64,000 bases of DNA, from positions 96,001 through 160,000 of the forward strand of contig CAWBYW010000007.1 of assembly GCA_963792965.1 (NCBI GenBank). Reading direction: 5' to 3'. The position numbers and the translations under genes were made by a program. Below are positions 1 to 9,914 of the stretch, one piece after another. The stretch is from an uncultured delta proteobacterium. Lineage in GTDB: Bacteria; Desulfobacterota; Zymogenia; Zymogenales; Zymogenaceae. Position 1 is the stretch's first letter, and the number at the start of each line of letters is the position of its first letter. The notes under the pieces are model-generated. The model made no database searches and was not told the DNA's origin. It saw nothing but the letters and a program-made list of their open reading frames with translations.

Positions 1-470
1 GCGTCCGGAGAGCCGAGGCCGTATATGCAGGAGACCGAGGCGACGATGATCACATCGTCCCGGGAGAGGAGCGAGTGGGTGGCCGAGTGCCGCATCTTAT
101 CGATCTCTTCATTGATGGCGGTGTCTTTCTCGATGTAGGTGTCGGTCCGGGGGATGTACGCCTCGGGCTGGTAGTAGTCGTAGTAGCTGACGAAATATTC
201 GACCGCGTTGTTGGGGAAGAGCGTCTTGAATTCGGCGTAGAGCTGGGCCGCAAGGGTCTTGTTGGGCGCCATCACAAGGGAGGAGAGCCCCGTATTCTTG
301 ATCACGTTGGCCATGGTGAAGGTCTTACCGGAGCCGGTTACGCCCAGCAGCACCTGATGTTTGTCTCCCCGGAGCACTCCCTCGGTGAGCTCGGCGATCG
401 CCTGCGGCTGATCTCCTCTCGGGATGAAATCGGTGACCATTTCAAACGGTGATGTACGCCATCCGGCCAT
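1..470 (-). CDS. uvrB: Excinuclease ABC subunit B (5' part; truncated by window start)
   Basis: Manual translation from ATG at 470: ...[12 protein letters not shown]...[19 protein letters not shown]...[36 protein letters not shown]; these are UvrB signatures. Not in the ORF track because it runs off the window. Confidence 0.97.
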   Translation of the reverse strand, partial: MAGWRTSPFEMVTDFIPRGDQPQAIAELTEGVLRGDKHQVLLGVTGSGKTFTMANVIKNTGLSSLVMAPNKTLAAQLYAEFKTLFPNNAVEYFVSYYDYYQPEAYIPRTDTYIEKDTAINEEIDKMRHSATHSLLSRDDVIIVASVSCIYGLGSPD

Positions 471-1312
471 TACGTCACTTTCTCCGAGCGTGTAGTGGGT
501 GATATATCCAGGGGGGCCGCGTTGTTTCTTTTCGCGTAAAGGCTCAGGAGCCGCCGGGCCGGATCAGCTGTGGGATCGAGGCTCATAGTGATAGCCCTCT
601 TAGGGCACACATCCATGCAGCGACCGCACCCTTTGCACAGCTCCTGATCAATCCGGGCGACTCCCGTGGAAACCCGAATCGCCCGGGCAAAGCAGCCCGC
701 TTCGCATGCCCCGCATCCATCACAGCCCGTGCCGACGGAGACTGTCAGGCCGTCAAGCCGGTGCATGGTGAGGGACGCACCGCCGTCGATCCCGAGGCGC
801 ACGCCCCGGCGCACCGAGCAACAGCAATCACAGCAAAAACAGATGTTCATCATCCGCCCGTAGTCTATGCCCCAGAGCCACGCGTCAAACCTGTTGTGGA
901 CGACCAGCGGAACAAGTCCCGCACGGATCGCCCGCTCGGCGTGCGACAGCGCTTCGTCGGGGCCGACGATTCTGCCCAGGCCCTTGGAGAGCTCGCGGAC
1001 GGCCGGACCGAAGAGGAGACAGCCGAGATCGACGGGATAAGACGCGCATCCCTCTCCGCGGCGGCAGAGGCACTCGCGCATGATCGCGATGCCGTCGGCG
1101 CGCTCCACAAAGGCGGATATGATCTTCACGGGGAGCACCACGGCGCCGCCCGGCGGCACCGATTCGTTGACCGGGATGATGTGGGACGAGTTTGTCTCAT
1201 CTGTCGATCGGGCCCTGAAGGGACGAAATCGCTCCAGCCGCTGGAAGGGCTTGTAAAATCGCATCATGAGATGGTAGAGAAAAGCGGGTCTTCCCATAGC
1301 TACGTTACACAC
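470..1312 (-). CDS. 4Fe-4S dicluster (ferredoxin-like) domain protein
   Basis: [11 protein letters not shown] and [12 protein letters not shown] motifs plus [13 protein letters not shown] clusters. Start may be the ATG at 1297. Stop overlaps the uvrB start (TAATG). Confidence 0.8.
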   Translation of the reverse strand: MCNVAMGRPAFLYHLMMRFYKPFQRLERFRPFRARSTDETNSSHIIPVNESVPPGGAVVLPVKIISAFVERADGIAIMRECLCRRGEGCASYPVDLGCLLFGPAVRELSKGLGRIVGPDEALSHAERAIRAGLVPLVVHNRFDAWLWGIDYGRMMNICFCCDCCCSVRRGVRLGIDGGASLTMHRLDGLTVSVGTGCDGCGACEAGCFARAIRVSTGVARIDQELCKGCGRCMDVCPKRAITMSLDPTADPARRLLSLYAKRNNAAPLDISPTTRSEKVT

Positions 1313-1322
1313 GCGTCCTGCA

Positions 1323-2786
1323 TCACTTCAGCTTCCACGTCGTCCAGCCGGGGCCGTCTTCGAGGATCACACCCTTTTCGATGAGCTCATTTCTGATAGC
1401 GTCCGCCCGAGCGAAGTCCTTCGTCTTGCGGGCGGCATATCTCTCCTCGATGAGCCGGTCGATATCCCCGGCGTCGATGCCGAGCTCTGCAAGCTTGAGT
1501 GAGCGCGTCTGTGAAAGGTAAGCGTCCGGCTTGCGGTCCAGGATCCCGAGCACGGAAAGGGGGCTACCGATCTTCTCCCAGGCGGCGGCAAGTGCCAGCC
1601 GGTCTTCCTCGGAGGGGGACGATGCCCCGTCGATGAAGCGGTTTATGATATGGGACAGATCGAAGAGCTTGCCGAGGGCCAGCGCGGTATTGAAATCATC
1701 GTCCATGGCCGCGTCGAAATCGGCGACAAACGAGGCCGCGGCATCGGTGATCTCTTTTCGGGCCGAAGCTTCGCCGCCGGCCCCGGCTTCTATCTTACGG
1801 GCCTCGGCAATCCTGCCCTTGGTCGCGTAGAGGCGGCCGAGGGCCTCCTCGGTGTCTTTCAGGTTCTTCTCGGAGAAGTCAATCGGATTGCGGTACTGTA
1901 CCGACAACAGAAAGAGGCGTACCACCTCGGGGTGGTATCTCTTGAGGATGTCCCGGACGGTGAAGAACTTGCCGGTGGACTTGCTCATCTTCTCTGAATC
2001 GATGTTGACAAAACCGTTATGGATAAAATAGCGGACGAAGGGTTTCCCGGTCGCCGCCTCCGATTGGGCGATCTCGTTTTCGTGGTGCGGGAAGATGAGG
2101 TCCTTTCCGCCGCCGTGAATATCGATGGTGTCCCCGAGGATGCTTGAGCTCATGGCGGAGCACTCGATGTGCCAGCCGGGCCGGCCCTTTCCCCAGGGGC
2201 TCTCCCATGAGGGCTCGCCGGGTTTTGCGGCTTTCCAGAGGATAAAGTCGAGGGGATCCTGTTTCTTTTCATCCACGCCCACCCGTGCGCCGGACTCGAG
2301 CTCGTCTATCTTTTTTCCGGAGAGTTTCCCGTAGCCGGCGAATTTCTTCACGGAAAATGCCACGTCGTCCCCGGCTTTATAGGCGTACCCCTTCTCGAAG
2401 AGTCTCCCGATGAGGGCGATCATCTCCATGATCGTCTCGGTGGCCCTGGGCTCCCGGTCCGGACGCTGGACCCCGAGGGCATCCATGTCGACGTGGTATT
2501 CGGCGATGAAGCGCTCGGAAAGCTCCGTGGTCGATTCCTTCAGCTCATTTGCCCGCTTGATGATCTTGTCGTCGATGTCGGTGAAGTTGCGCACGTAGGT
2601 GACATCGTACCCCTTGTGTTTCAGGTATCTGTAGACGACGTCAAACGCCACGTACGCGCGTGCGTGGCCGATGTGGGAAAAATCATAGGCGGTGATGCCG
2701 CAGACGTACATGCTGACCTTATTCGGAAAAAGCGGTACGAATTCTTCCTTTCTGTTGGAGAGTGAGTTGTGGATGAGGAGGGGCAT
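1323..2786 (-). CDS. cysS: Cysteine--tRNA ligase
   Basis: MYVCGITAYD, HIGH, GRPGWHIECSAM, DLIFPHHENE and KMSKS motifs. Confidence 0.98.
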   Translation of the reverse strand: MPLLIHNSLSNRKEEFVPLFPNKVSMYVCGITAYDFSHIGHARAYVAFDVVYRYLKHKGYDVTYVRNFTDIDDKIIKRANELKESTTELSERFIAEYHVDMDALGVQRPDREPRATETIMEMIALIGRLFEKGYAYKAGDDVAFSVKKFAGYGKLSGKKIDELESGARVGVDEKKQDPLDFILWKAAKPGEPSWESPWGKGRPGWHIECSAMSSSILGDTIDIHGGGKDLIFPHHENEIAQSEAATGKPFVRYFIHNGFVNIDSEKMSKSTGKFFTVRDILKRYHPEVVRLFLLSVQYRNPIDFSEKNLKDTEEALGRLYATKGRIAEARKIEAGAGGEASARKEITDAAASFVADFDAAMDDDFNTALALGKLFDLSHIINRFIDGASSPSEEDRLALAAAWEKIGSPLSVLGILDRKPDAYLSQTRSLKLAELGIDAGDIDRLIEERYAARKTKDFARADAIRNELIEKGVILEDGPGWTTWKLK

Positions 2787-3105
2787 GGGAACCTCGGGCA
2801 AATGATATTTAATCTTTTTAGAATATCATATATTCGGCATGTTCGTCAAGGAATGTGAGATTTGGGGAAAAGTTACCGGCGATTAGACGATGAACGGTTG
2901 GATTAATATAGGGTATTACCGGAAAGGGCACCGTACAAAAGGAAAATTGATACCCGGTTGCCGGGAGTAAGAGTTATAGGTGCGGACGCCCCGCCCACTG
3001 GGGCTGATCCTTTTTTCGCGTGACCCGACGAGGAAACAGAGAAGTGGTTTCGGACTGCCGCCACACTAACGGAGAGGCGGCCCATCAAGTATTTAGTCGT
3101 AATCC

Positions 3106-3134
3106 TTGACAAATCAGCACCCGCAGGGTAATCT
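3106..3134 (+). promoter_or_regulatory. Sigma70-type promoter for first MFS gene
   Basis: TTGACA-17 bp-TAATCT, about 30 bp upstream of the ATG at 3166. Confidence 0.55.
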
Positions 3135-3165
3135 GCAATTTCTTTATTATTCTTTGTGGATTCAT

Positions 3166-4581
3166 ATGAAAAAGAGACTCGAAAGGTTCCCCCTCTGGGG
3201 ACAGGTCCTGTATTCGAGCGGGGCCCTCGGGTGGACCATGGCCGACCGTATCTGGGTCACGTTCATGGTCTATTTTTATCTCCCGCCCAAGGAATCCGGC
3301 ATGCCGGAGCTGATCAACAATGTGACGTTCTGGGGGGTGCTGACGGTCGCGGGGCTTGCGCACATCTTCGGCCGCAGCATAGACGCGATCTCCAACCCGC
3401 TCGTCGCCTCCTGGAGCGACCGCAGCAGATCAAAAATGGGCAGGCGCAAGAAGTTCCTCATCTGGGGTGGGCTCCCGTTGATGCTGGCGACCGCGCTGCT
3501 CTTCTTCCCCCCCTCAATGGGGGCGACCGCGCTCAACGGCGTCTATATGGCCGTCATGCTCGGGTGCCTCCTCTTCTTTTTTACCTTCTACGTCGCCCCA
3601 TGGCTTGCCCTTATCCCGGAGCTTTCCCATACCGACCGGGAAAGGATGAACATCGTCACGATCCAGGCGATCTTCACGCTGGCGGCTTCGGTGATCGTTA
3701 TGGTCGGCGGGTACGTCCTTTGGGGGGCGCTTGAGGGAACGGGCATTGAGAAGGGGAGGGCGCTGCAGCTTGCCGTCGTCATCATGGCGGCCTTCGGCCT
3801 CATCTTCTGCTATCTGGCCGTGATTCCCATCGACGAAAAGCGCTACTGCGCCTCGGTGCCCTCAGAGATGGGAATGATCGAGTCGATGAAGCTCACGCTC
3901 TCCAACCGGGCGTTTTTGCCCTATCTCTTTGGAGCGATTTGCCTGACCTTCGGCATAAATATTGTCTCCCAGGCGGCCACCTACTACGTCACGGTCATCC
4001 TTCGAAGGGAGGAGGCCTTCGCGGGTACGCTCTTTGCCGTTATCTTCGGCGTTGCCCTCGTTGCTTTCTTTCTCATCAACCTGCTCACCCGTTACGTGCT
4101 CAAGAAGACCGTGATGATGATCTCGCTGGGCATCTTCGGGGTTTGCGCCTGTCTCCTTTATTGGATGGGGACCGACGCGATCCCCTTTCCCCCGGTCGTC
4201 CAGGCGTTTTGCATCCTCGGCCTGATCGGGATTCCGGTCGCGGCCGTAATGATCCTTCCCAACGCCATGATCTCAGATGTCGCCCAGTACGACGCGATAA
4301 GGACCGGCACTAACCGGGAGGCGATGTACTTCGGCGTCCAGGGGATCTTCGAGAAGATCAACCTCGGCATCTCGTCGGTGACGCTTGTCTTTCTGCTGTC
4401 CACCTTCGGCAAGGATATCGCACGTCCCCTCGGTATCAAGATATCCGGGCCGGTGACCGGGGTAGTCGCGCTGGTCGGCATCATCATCTTTATCTTCTAT
4501 CCCGAAAGAAAGATCATGGAGCTCCTCGACCGACACCGTATGGAGGCCGGAGAGGGGGTTGCGGCGGAAAAAATCCGTTGA
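3166..4581 (+). CDS. MFS transporter, glycoside-pentoside-hexuronide (MelB-like) family, paralog 1
   Basis: About 12 hydrophobic segments; DAISNPLVASWSDRSRSKMGRRK, ALIPELS..DRER and SDVAQYDAIRTGTNREAMYFG motifs. Start placed at MKKRLERF by comparison with the paralog. Confidence 0.9.
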   Translation: MKKRLERFPLWGQVLYSSGALGWTMADRIWVTFMVYFYLPPKESGMPELINNVTFWGVLTVAGLAHIFGRSIDAISNPLVASWSDRSRSKMGRRKKFLIWGGLPLMLATALLFFPPSMGATALNGVYMAVMLGCLLFFFTFYVAPWLALIPELSHTDRERMNIVTIQAIFTLAASVIVMVGGYVLWGALEGTGIEKGRALQLAVVIMAAFGLIFCYLAVIPIDEKRYCASVPSEMGMIESMKLTLSNRAFLPYLFGAICLTFGINIVSQAATYYVTVILRREEAFAGTLFAVIFGVALVAFFLINLLTRYVLKKTVMMISLGIFGVCACLLYWMGTDAIPFPPVVQAFCILGLIGIPVAAVMILPNAMISDVAQYDAIRTGTNREAMYFGVQGIFEKINLGISSVTLVFLLSTFGKDIARPLGIKISGPVTGVVALVGIIIFIFYPERKIMELLDRHRMEAGEGVAAEKIR

Positions 4582-4606
4582 CAAACGCAGGGCGTTGATT
4601 TAGCCT
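4578..4606 (+). promoter_or_regulatory. Sigma70-type promoter for second MFS gene
   Basis: TTGACA (overlapping the upstream TGA stop)-17 bp-TAGCCT. Confidence 0.45.
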
Positions 4607-4633
4607 AAAACCATACATTTTTGGGTGACTTAT

Positions 4634-6028
4634 ATGAAAAAGAGCGTCGAGAAATTTCCCCTGTGGGGCCAGATCGTCTATTCGAGCGGATACGTGGGAT
4701 TTACCATCGCCGACCGGATATGGGTCACCTTTATGCTTTATTTTTACCTCCCCCCGAAGGAATCTGGGCTCCATGAGCTCATATTGAACAAGACGTTTCT
4801 TGGGATCTTAACGGTCGCGGGTCTCGCCGTAATCTTCGGCAGAATCGTGGACGCCATCACAAACCCGTTGGTAGCAAGTTGGAGCGACAGAAGCACCTCT
4901 AAGATCGGGAGAAGAAAAATATTCCTCGTCTTCGGCGGACTTCCGCTCATGGCTGCGACGGCTCTTCTCTTCTTTCCCCTGACCTCGGGGGTCTCGACGG
5001 CCAACGCCGTCTATATGGCCTTGATGCTCGGGTGTCTCCTGTTTTTCTTCACCTTCTACGTGACGCCGTGGCTTGCCCTCATCCCGGAGCTTTCACACAC
5101 GGATGCAGAACGGATCAACATCACCACCATGCAGGCTGCTTTTTCGCTCGTGGGAATCGTCATCGTCATGATCGGCGGCTATGCCCTGTGGGGGGTGATC
5201 GAGCATGCCGGCGTGGACAAGACGCGCGCGCTGCAGCTTACCATCGTCATCCTTTCGGTCATCGGTCTCATTTCCTGCTACGTTTCGATCATCCCGATCA
5301 ATGAGAAAAGATACAGCGCCACGGCCCCCGCCGAGCTGGGGATGTGGGATTCGCTGAAATTGACGTTCAAGAACCGACCGTTCATCCCCTATCTCGTCGG
5401 GACGATCTGTCTCTGGTTCGGCCTCAACGTCGTCTCGGAATCCGCGACCTACTACGTCACGGTCCTCCTCGGCAGGCCCGAAACCTTTGCGAGTGTCGTT
5501 TTTGCCTTTGTCTTCGGCGTGGCGCTCGTGTTTTTCCCGATCATCAATTTTGCCAGCCGGCGCATCGGAAAGAAGATGATCATGATTATCAGCCTGGCGG
5601 TCTTCGCGTTCTGCGCTGTCTTTCTCTACTTTCTCGGCAGCAGCGCGTTCCTGCTTTCTCCCGTCAACCAGGCCTTTATCATCTTCGGCGTGATGGGGAT
5701 ACCGGTTTCGGCGCTTTTGGCCGTACCCAACGCCATGATCGCGGATCTTGCCGAATATGACGCCGTCAAGACCGGAATTAACCGGGACGCGATGTACTTC
5801 GGCGCCCAGGGACTGGTGCAGAAGGTCAACCTCGGCGTCGCGACGCTCGTGCTTGCCTATCTCTTTGCCGCCTTCGGAAAGGATGTCGCCAATCCCGAGG
5901 GCGTTAGGCTCTCAGGATTCGTTACGGCGCTGGTCTGCGTCGTCGGAATAGTCTTTTATCTCTTTTATCCGGAAGGGGAGATCCTCAAGGTGCTGGAGAA
6001 GAGCAGGGCAAAGTCGGTAAAGGCATAA
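4634..6028 (+). CDS. MFS transporter, GPH (MelB-like) family, paralog 2
   Basis: Closely similar to 3166-4581 (FPLWGQ, ADRIWVTFM.YFYLPPKESG, NPLVASWSDRS.SK.GRRK). Confidence 0.9.
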   Translation: MKKSVEKFPLWGQIVYSSGYVGFTIADRIWVTFMLYFYLPPKESGLHELILNKTFLGILTVAGLAVIFGRIVDAITNPLVASWSDRSTSKIGRRKIFLVFGGLPLMAATALLFFPLTSGVSTANAVYMALMLGCLLFFFTFYVTPWLALIPELSHTDAERINITTMQAAFSLVGIVIVMIGGYALWGVIEHAGVDKTRALQLTIVILSVIGLISCYVSIIPINEKRYSATAPAELGMWDSLKLTFKNRPFIPYLVGTICLWFGLNVVSESATYYVTVLLGRPETFASVVFAFVFGVALVFFPIINFASRRIGKKMIMIISLAVFAFCAVFLYFLGSSAFLLSPVNQAFIIFGVMGIPVSALLAVPNAMIADLAEYDAVKTGINRDAMYFGAQGLVQKVNLGVATLVLAYLFAAFGKDVANPEGVRLSGFVTALVCVVGIVFYLFYPEGEILKVLEKSRAKSVKA

Positions 6029-6030
6029 CT

Positions 6031-7089
6031 ATGAGACTTCGCCTGATGAACATATTCCTCTGCCTATCGCTCATCTGTGCCTTATTCTCGTGGGCCGCGG
6101 AAGGCGCCGAATCCGAATCAATAAAGGCCGTCGTGAAAACCGGGGGATTTGACCTCAAGACGCGCCCCGATATCGATTCCGATACGATTATATCGGTGAA
6201 AGGCGGCCAGGCCGTCCTGATCGTCGTCTGCCTCAAGGAGACCGATGTCGTTTCGGGATTACCGGGGAGATGGTGCCTTGTCCGATACCGGGGGGTCGAC
6301 GGGTGGATGATCAATACGTGTCTTGATACGGAGGACCCGGCGGCGGAGAAGACATACCGTGATGTCCCCGCGCTCGACGAAGAGACGGATGCGCTCTATA
6401 GGGCAAAGGAATCTCACGACCTCGAAGAGACGGCACGCCTCGGCTCATTAATCGTCAGCCAGGTCGAGGAGAATTTTTCCGAAAGAGAGATCAGACAGAG
6501 CAAGAGGCTCTCGTCTACCGTCCTCAGCTGCGTTTCGGACCGGATCGAGGCCCTCGTGTTTCTCCACCGGTTCGAAGAAGCCAGACGCGCCTATGACTAT
6601 CTTATGAAGACGTATCCCGACGCGACTCTCGAGTCCGATTCTATCACCGCCCGCGAGCTCACTGAACCGTACATGGTCTTTATCGACAACTACGGTTCAG
6701 CCGCCCTCTTCGATAATCCTAAGGAGCCGATGGAAGAGCTCAGGAAGGCGCTGGGGAAAAGGGATATCTCCCGGGTTTCCAAGCTCGCCGTGCCGGGTGT
6801 CTTCGAGGTGTGGGTCGCGTACACTGATTGGGTGGTTAAGCTTGGCGAAAAAAAACTCGATGATGAATCGTGGCTTTCTCAATCATGGGAGACAAACTGG
6901 AAGATCGAAGGGGTCACGGACAGAAGGGACGACAGGGGTAAGATCATCGGTCACTGTGTGGTCACCAAGCCATGGAAGATCGATTACTATGATATACCGG
7001 TAACCCGGGTCGACTTCTGTATCGACCGACTGCCCGACGGTACCTACGCCTTCAGTTATCTGATCTTATATACAATACCCACTCAATGA
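6031..7089 (+). CDS. Exported hypothetical protein with N-terminal SH3b-like domain and helical/TPR-like middle
   Basis: Signal-peptide-like N-terminus; FDLKTRPDIDSDTI...WCLVRYRGVDGWM resembles bacterial SH3; FEEARRAYDYLMKTYPD is TPR-like. Confidence 0.6.
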   Translation: MRLRLMNIFLCLSLICALFSWAAEGAESESIKAVVKTGGFDLKTRPDIDSDTIISVKGGQAVLIVVCLKETDVVSGLPGRWCLVRYRGVDGWMINTCLDTEDPAAEKTYRDVPALDEETDALYRAKESHDLEETARLGSLIVSQVEENFSEREIRQSKRLSSTVLSCVSDRIEALVFLHRFEEARRAYDYLMKTYPDATLESDSITARELTEPYMVFIDNYGSAALFDNPKEPMEELRKALGKRDISRVSKLAVPGVFEVWVAYTDWVVKLGEKKLDDESWLSQSWETNWKIEGVTDRRDDRGKIIGHCVVTKPWKIDYYDIPVTRVDFCIDRLPDGTYAFSYLILYTIPTQ

Positions 7090-7176
7090 GACGAGACAGG
7101 ACGATGCTTCCCTTGAGCATCCTTGTAGCATATAAAAACTTTATTATGTAAGCACCTGAACTGAACGGGAGAACCC

Positions 7177-7698
7177 ATGAAGAAAAACGTGATACTGGCA
7201 TCGTGCGTGGTTTTTGTGATCGCGCTTTCGTGCTGCAAATCCGGGCCGCGGGTATATGCGCCGCCGCCGGTAAGCCCCGCCAAATATAAGAGCGTCTACG
7301 TCGACGTCGTCTACGATCCCGTCCTTCTTGTCACCCACGACGATACGGAGGCGATCGTAAAGGACCTGCACTCGCGCCTGGCGGCTATGGGATTTGTGCC
7401 CTCGATTTCTTCCGAACATGCCGACATGACGCTGAGAATAACCATCGACGAGCTCGACCTTACCGGCCGGGAAGGGCGGCTGCTTGCGGGAGCGACCTTC
7501 GGCCTGACCAAGAAGAAGGCCCGTATGATATATACGGCATCTTTTGTCGACAACAAGACCCTGGACGAGATCACCTCCGTAAAGCATGAGCTCGACAGCA
7601 AGAAGTACTTCCCGTCGAAGGAGGAGCTCAAGGCAAAATTCATCGCCGAGATGAAGGATCAGATAGTGAAGTTCATGTCGGAGTCGAAGGACTTCTAA
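7177..7698 (+). CDS. Putative lipoprotein (DUF4410-like)
   Basis: MKK + hydrophobic stretch + lipobox-like ALSC; ADMTLRITIDELD..GRLLAGATFG. Confidence 0.65.
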   Translation: MKKNVILASCVVFVIALSCCKSGPRVYAPPPVSPAKYKSVYVDVVYDPVLLVTHDDTEAIVKDLHSRLAAMGFVPSISSEHADMTLRITIDELDLTGREGRLLAGATFGLTKKKARMIYTASFVDNKTLDEITSVKHELDSKKYFPSKEELKAKFIAEMKDQIVKFMSESKDF

Positions 7699-7710
7699 TA
7701 CTCCGAGACA

Positions 7711-7743
7711 AGGAAGGCCGTCGATACGAGCGACGGCCTTCCT
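7711..7743 (+). terminator. 13-bp stem-loop after lipoprotein gene
   Basis: AGGAAGGCCGTCG-7 nt-CGACGGCCTTCCT; no clear U-tract. Confidence 0.5.
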
Positions 7744-8087
7744 CCGTCTGGCCGCAGGCTTGGGTAGTTGCCGACATAAAGAGTGGTGCGTCGTAACCGG
7801 TCCTGCGATGCGGCTATCGGTGTTTTCCCGAGATCCTGTTGGATAGAAGATCATAGATGATGGCCGGACAGACGCGCGTGCCGGCGTACGCCCCTTTGCG
7901 GAGAGCAGGCGGCGCGACGAATCCGGAGCGATCATCTGGGCCTATCGCACTCCGTTTTCGCCATCGTGCGGCGTCATGATTTTGGTGGATTTTCCTTTCG
8001 TTTCCTGATCTAATAGAAAGAATTCTTCTTCTTTCCATCGCCGCAAAGGCGGCGGGGCATCGGTGCACTCGGATTTCTCGGTTTGAC

Positions 8088-8954
8088 ATGGACCTCACCT
8101 TTTTTGCGATTCTCTTGCTTTATCTCGTCGCCGGCATAATCGCCGGAATAAACACCGGCTTTATCGGTGGAGGCGGCGGGGTGATAACCGTTCCGATTCT
8201 CATCTACTCCTTCACCTTCCTCGGGTATCCTGAAAACGCCTCCATCCATACGGCCGTAGGGACGAGTCTCTTTGTCATCATCTTCAACGCCGCGGCAAGC
8301 TCGCTGGTCCACCTGAAGAAAAACATCATACATCACCGGCTGCTACTGGTCATGGTCATCTTCGGCGTAGTCGGGGCCGTCGTGGGGGGGACAGCCTCCG
8401 CTGTGACCGCCGGTCCGATATTCAAGAAACTGCTGGCCGTGTTCCTCCTGATTACCGCCGTTCGCTTCTTGCGGGCGTCACGGAAGGGGCGTAAAGAACA
8501 GGAGGCGCTCCTGGCCGAACGGGACGCCGTCGAGTGCCAATTAAGCGAGCGGGAGCACCCACCGAAGACCTTCGTCTTTTGCGGGATCATCGGCTTGTTT
8601 TCCGGATTTGTGGCGAGCTTCTTCGGCATCGGCGGCGGCGCCATCACGATCCCCTTGGGCATGCTCCTGGTGAACTTCTCGATGCTCGAGGCCATCTGTT
8701 ATTCGACCTGCCTTATGACCGTCTGCACGATTGTCGGCGTGGTGGTGCTGGCCGTCGCGGGGGCAAAAGCGCCGGATCACGTTCCCTATTCGATCGGCTA
8801 CGTAAATTACGTCGCCGGGATCATAATGGCCGTCTCTGGAACATACTCGGCCAAGTGGGCGGCCCTCAAGGTCCATTCGATGAACCAGGCACTGCTCATG
8901 CGCATCGTCACCGTCGTCATCATCATAGCTGCCGTGGGTCTCTTCATAAAATAG
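8088..8954 (+). CDS. Sulfite exporter TauE/SafE family membrane protein
   Basis: Duplicated GFIGGGGGVITVP / SFFGIGGGAITIP motifs, AVGTSL, hydrophobic. Confidence 0.9.
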   Translation: MDLTFFAILLLYLVAGIIAGINTGFIGGGGGVITVPILIYSFTFLGYPENASIHTAVGTSLFVIIFNAAASSLVHLKKNIIHHRLLLVMVIFGVVGAVVGGTASAVTAGPIFKKLLAVFLLITAVRFLRASRKGRKEQEALLAERDAVECQLSEREHPPKTFVFCGIIGLFSGFVASFFGIGGGAITIPLGMLLVNFSMLEAICYSTCLMTVCTIVGVVVLAVAGAKAPDHVPYSIGYVNYVAGIIMAVSGTYSAKWAALKVHSMNQALLMRIVTVVIIIAAVGLFIK

Positions 8955-9020
8955 CACATCGGCCTTGACCCATCGGCAATGATGGGGTATATACATATTT
9001 CACTCTTTACATACGGGACT

Positions 9021-9914
9021 ATGAGTAAGGAAAAAAAGACATCACTGGTGATCATGGCCGCCGGGATGGGGTCGCGCTACGGTGGACTCAAGCAGCTCGA
9101 TCCGGTCGGTCCCAACGGGGAGCTCCTCATCCACTATACCGTGTTCGACGCCGCACGTGCGGGGTTTGATCGTGTGGTCTTTGTCATCCGTAAAGATTTT
9201 GAGGCCGAATTCATCGAGAGGATCACGCCTTTCGTGCCCGAGACAATCCAGGTTGCTCACGCCCACCAGGACCTTTCGGACCTCCCGCCCGAGAGACAGA
9301 AACCGTGGGGCACCGGGCACGCCGTCCTGGTCTGCAAGGACGTCGTTGACGGACCCTTCGGGGTGGTGAACGCCGACGACTATTATGGGAGGAACGCGGT
9401 CGCGTCGCTCTTCTCGTTTTTGCGGTCGCCCGACCATACTGCGGATACCTACGGGATGATCGGCTATCGACTAAAGAACACCGTGAGCCGTTTCGGCGCC
9501 GTAACGCGCGGGGTCTGCTCGGTCAATAAAGGATGGCTCGTCGATATACGGGAGACCGGCGGCATCGAGGTCCTCGATGACAGGATCGTCACCACGTCGG
9601 ACGGCACATCCACCGATCTTGACCCGGAGTCGACGGTCTCGATGAATATCTGGGGATTTCACCCGGCCATCTTTCGTCATCTCGAGACGCTCTACGGAGA
9701 GTTTCGGGCCGCAACCGGAAGCGATCCAAAGGCCGAGTTCCTTATCCCCGGCGTGGTGGGCGCGCTCATCAAGAGCGGGACCATCCGCGTAAAGGTCATC
9801 GATACCGACGATCGCTGGTTCGGCATGACACACCGGCAGGATCGGGAGATCGTGAAAGGCGAGATCGTCCGAATGATCGAGGCGAAAATATATCCCACAA
9901 AGCTCCCCGGATGA
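9021..9914 (+). CDS. Sugar-phosphate nucleotidyltransferase (NTP transferase)
   Basis: LVIMAAGMGSRYGGLKQ, KPWGTGHAVL, VVNADDYYG, VSMNIWGF. Confidence 0.9.
   Translation: MSKEKKTSLVIMAAGMGSRYGGLKQLDPVGPNGELLIHYTVFDAARAGFDRVVFVIRKDFEAEFIERITPFVPETIQVAHAHQDLSDLPPERQKPWGTGHAVLVCKDVVDGPFGVVNADDYYGRNAVASLFSFLRSPDHTADTYGMIGYRLKNTVSRFGAVTRGVCSVNKGWLVDIRETGGIEVLDDRIVTTSDGTSTDLDPESTVSMNIWGFHPAIFRHLETLYGEFRAATGSDPKAEFLIPGVVGALIKSGTIRVKVIDTDDRWFGMTHRQDREIVKGEIVRMIEAKIYPTKLPG

Noticed and set aside
2802-3100. Possible tRNA, T-box or riboswitch between cysS and the MFS gene
   Set aside because: No cloverleaf, T-box or known aptamer consensus could be recognised by eye.
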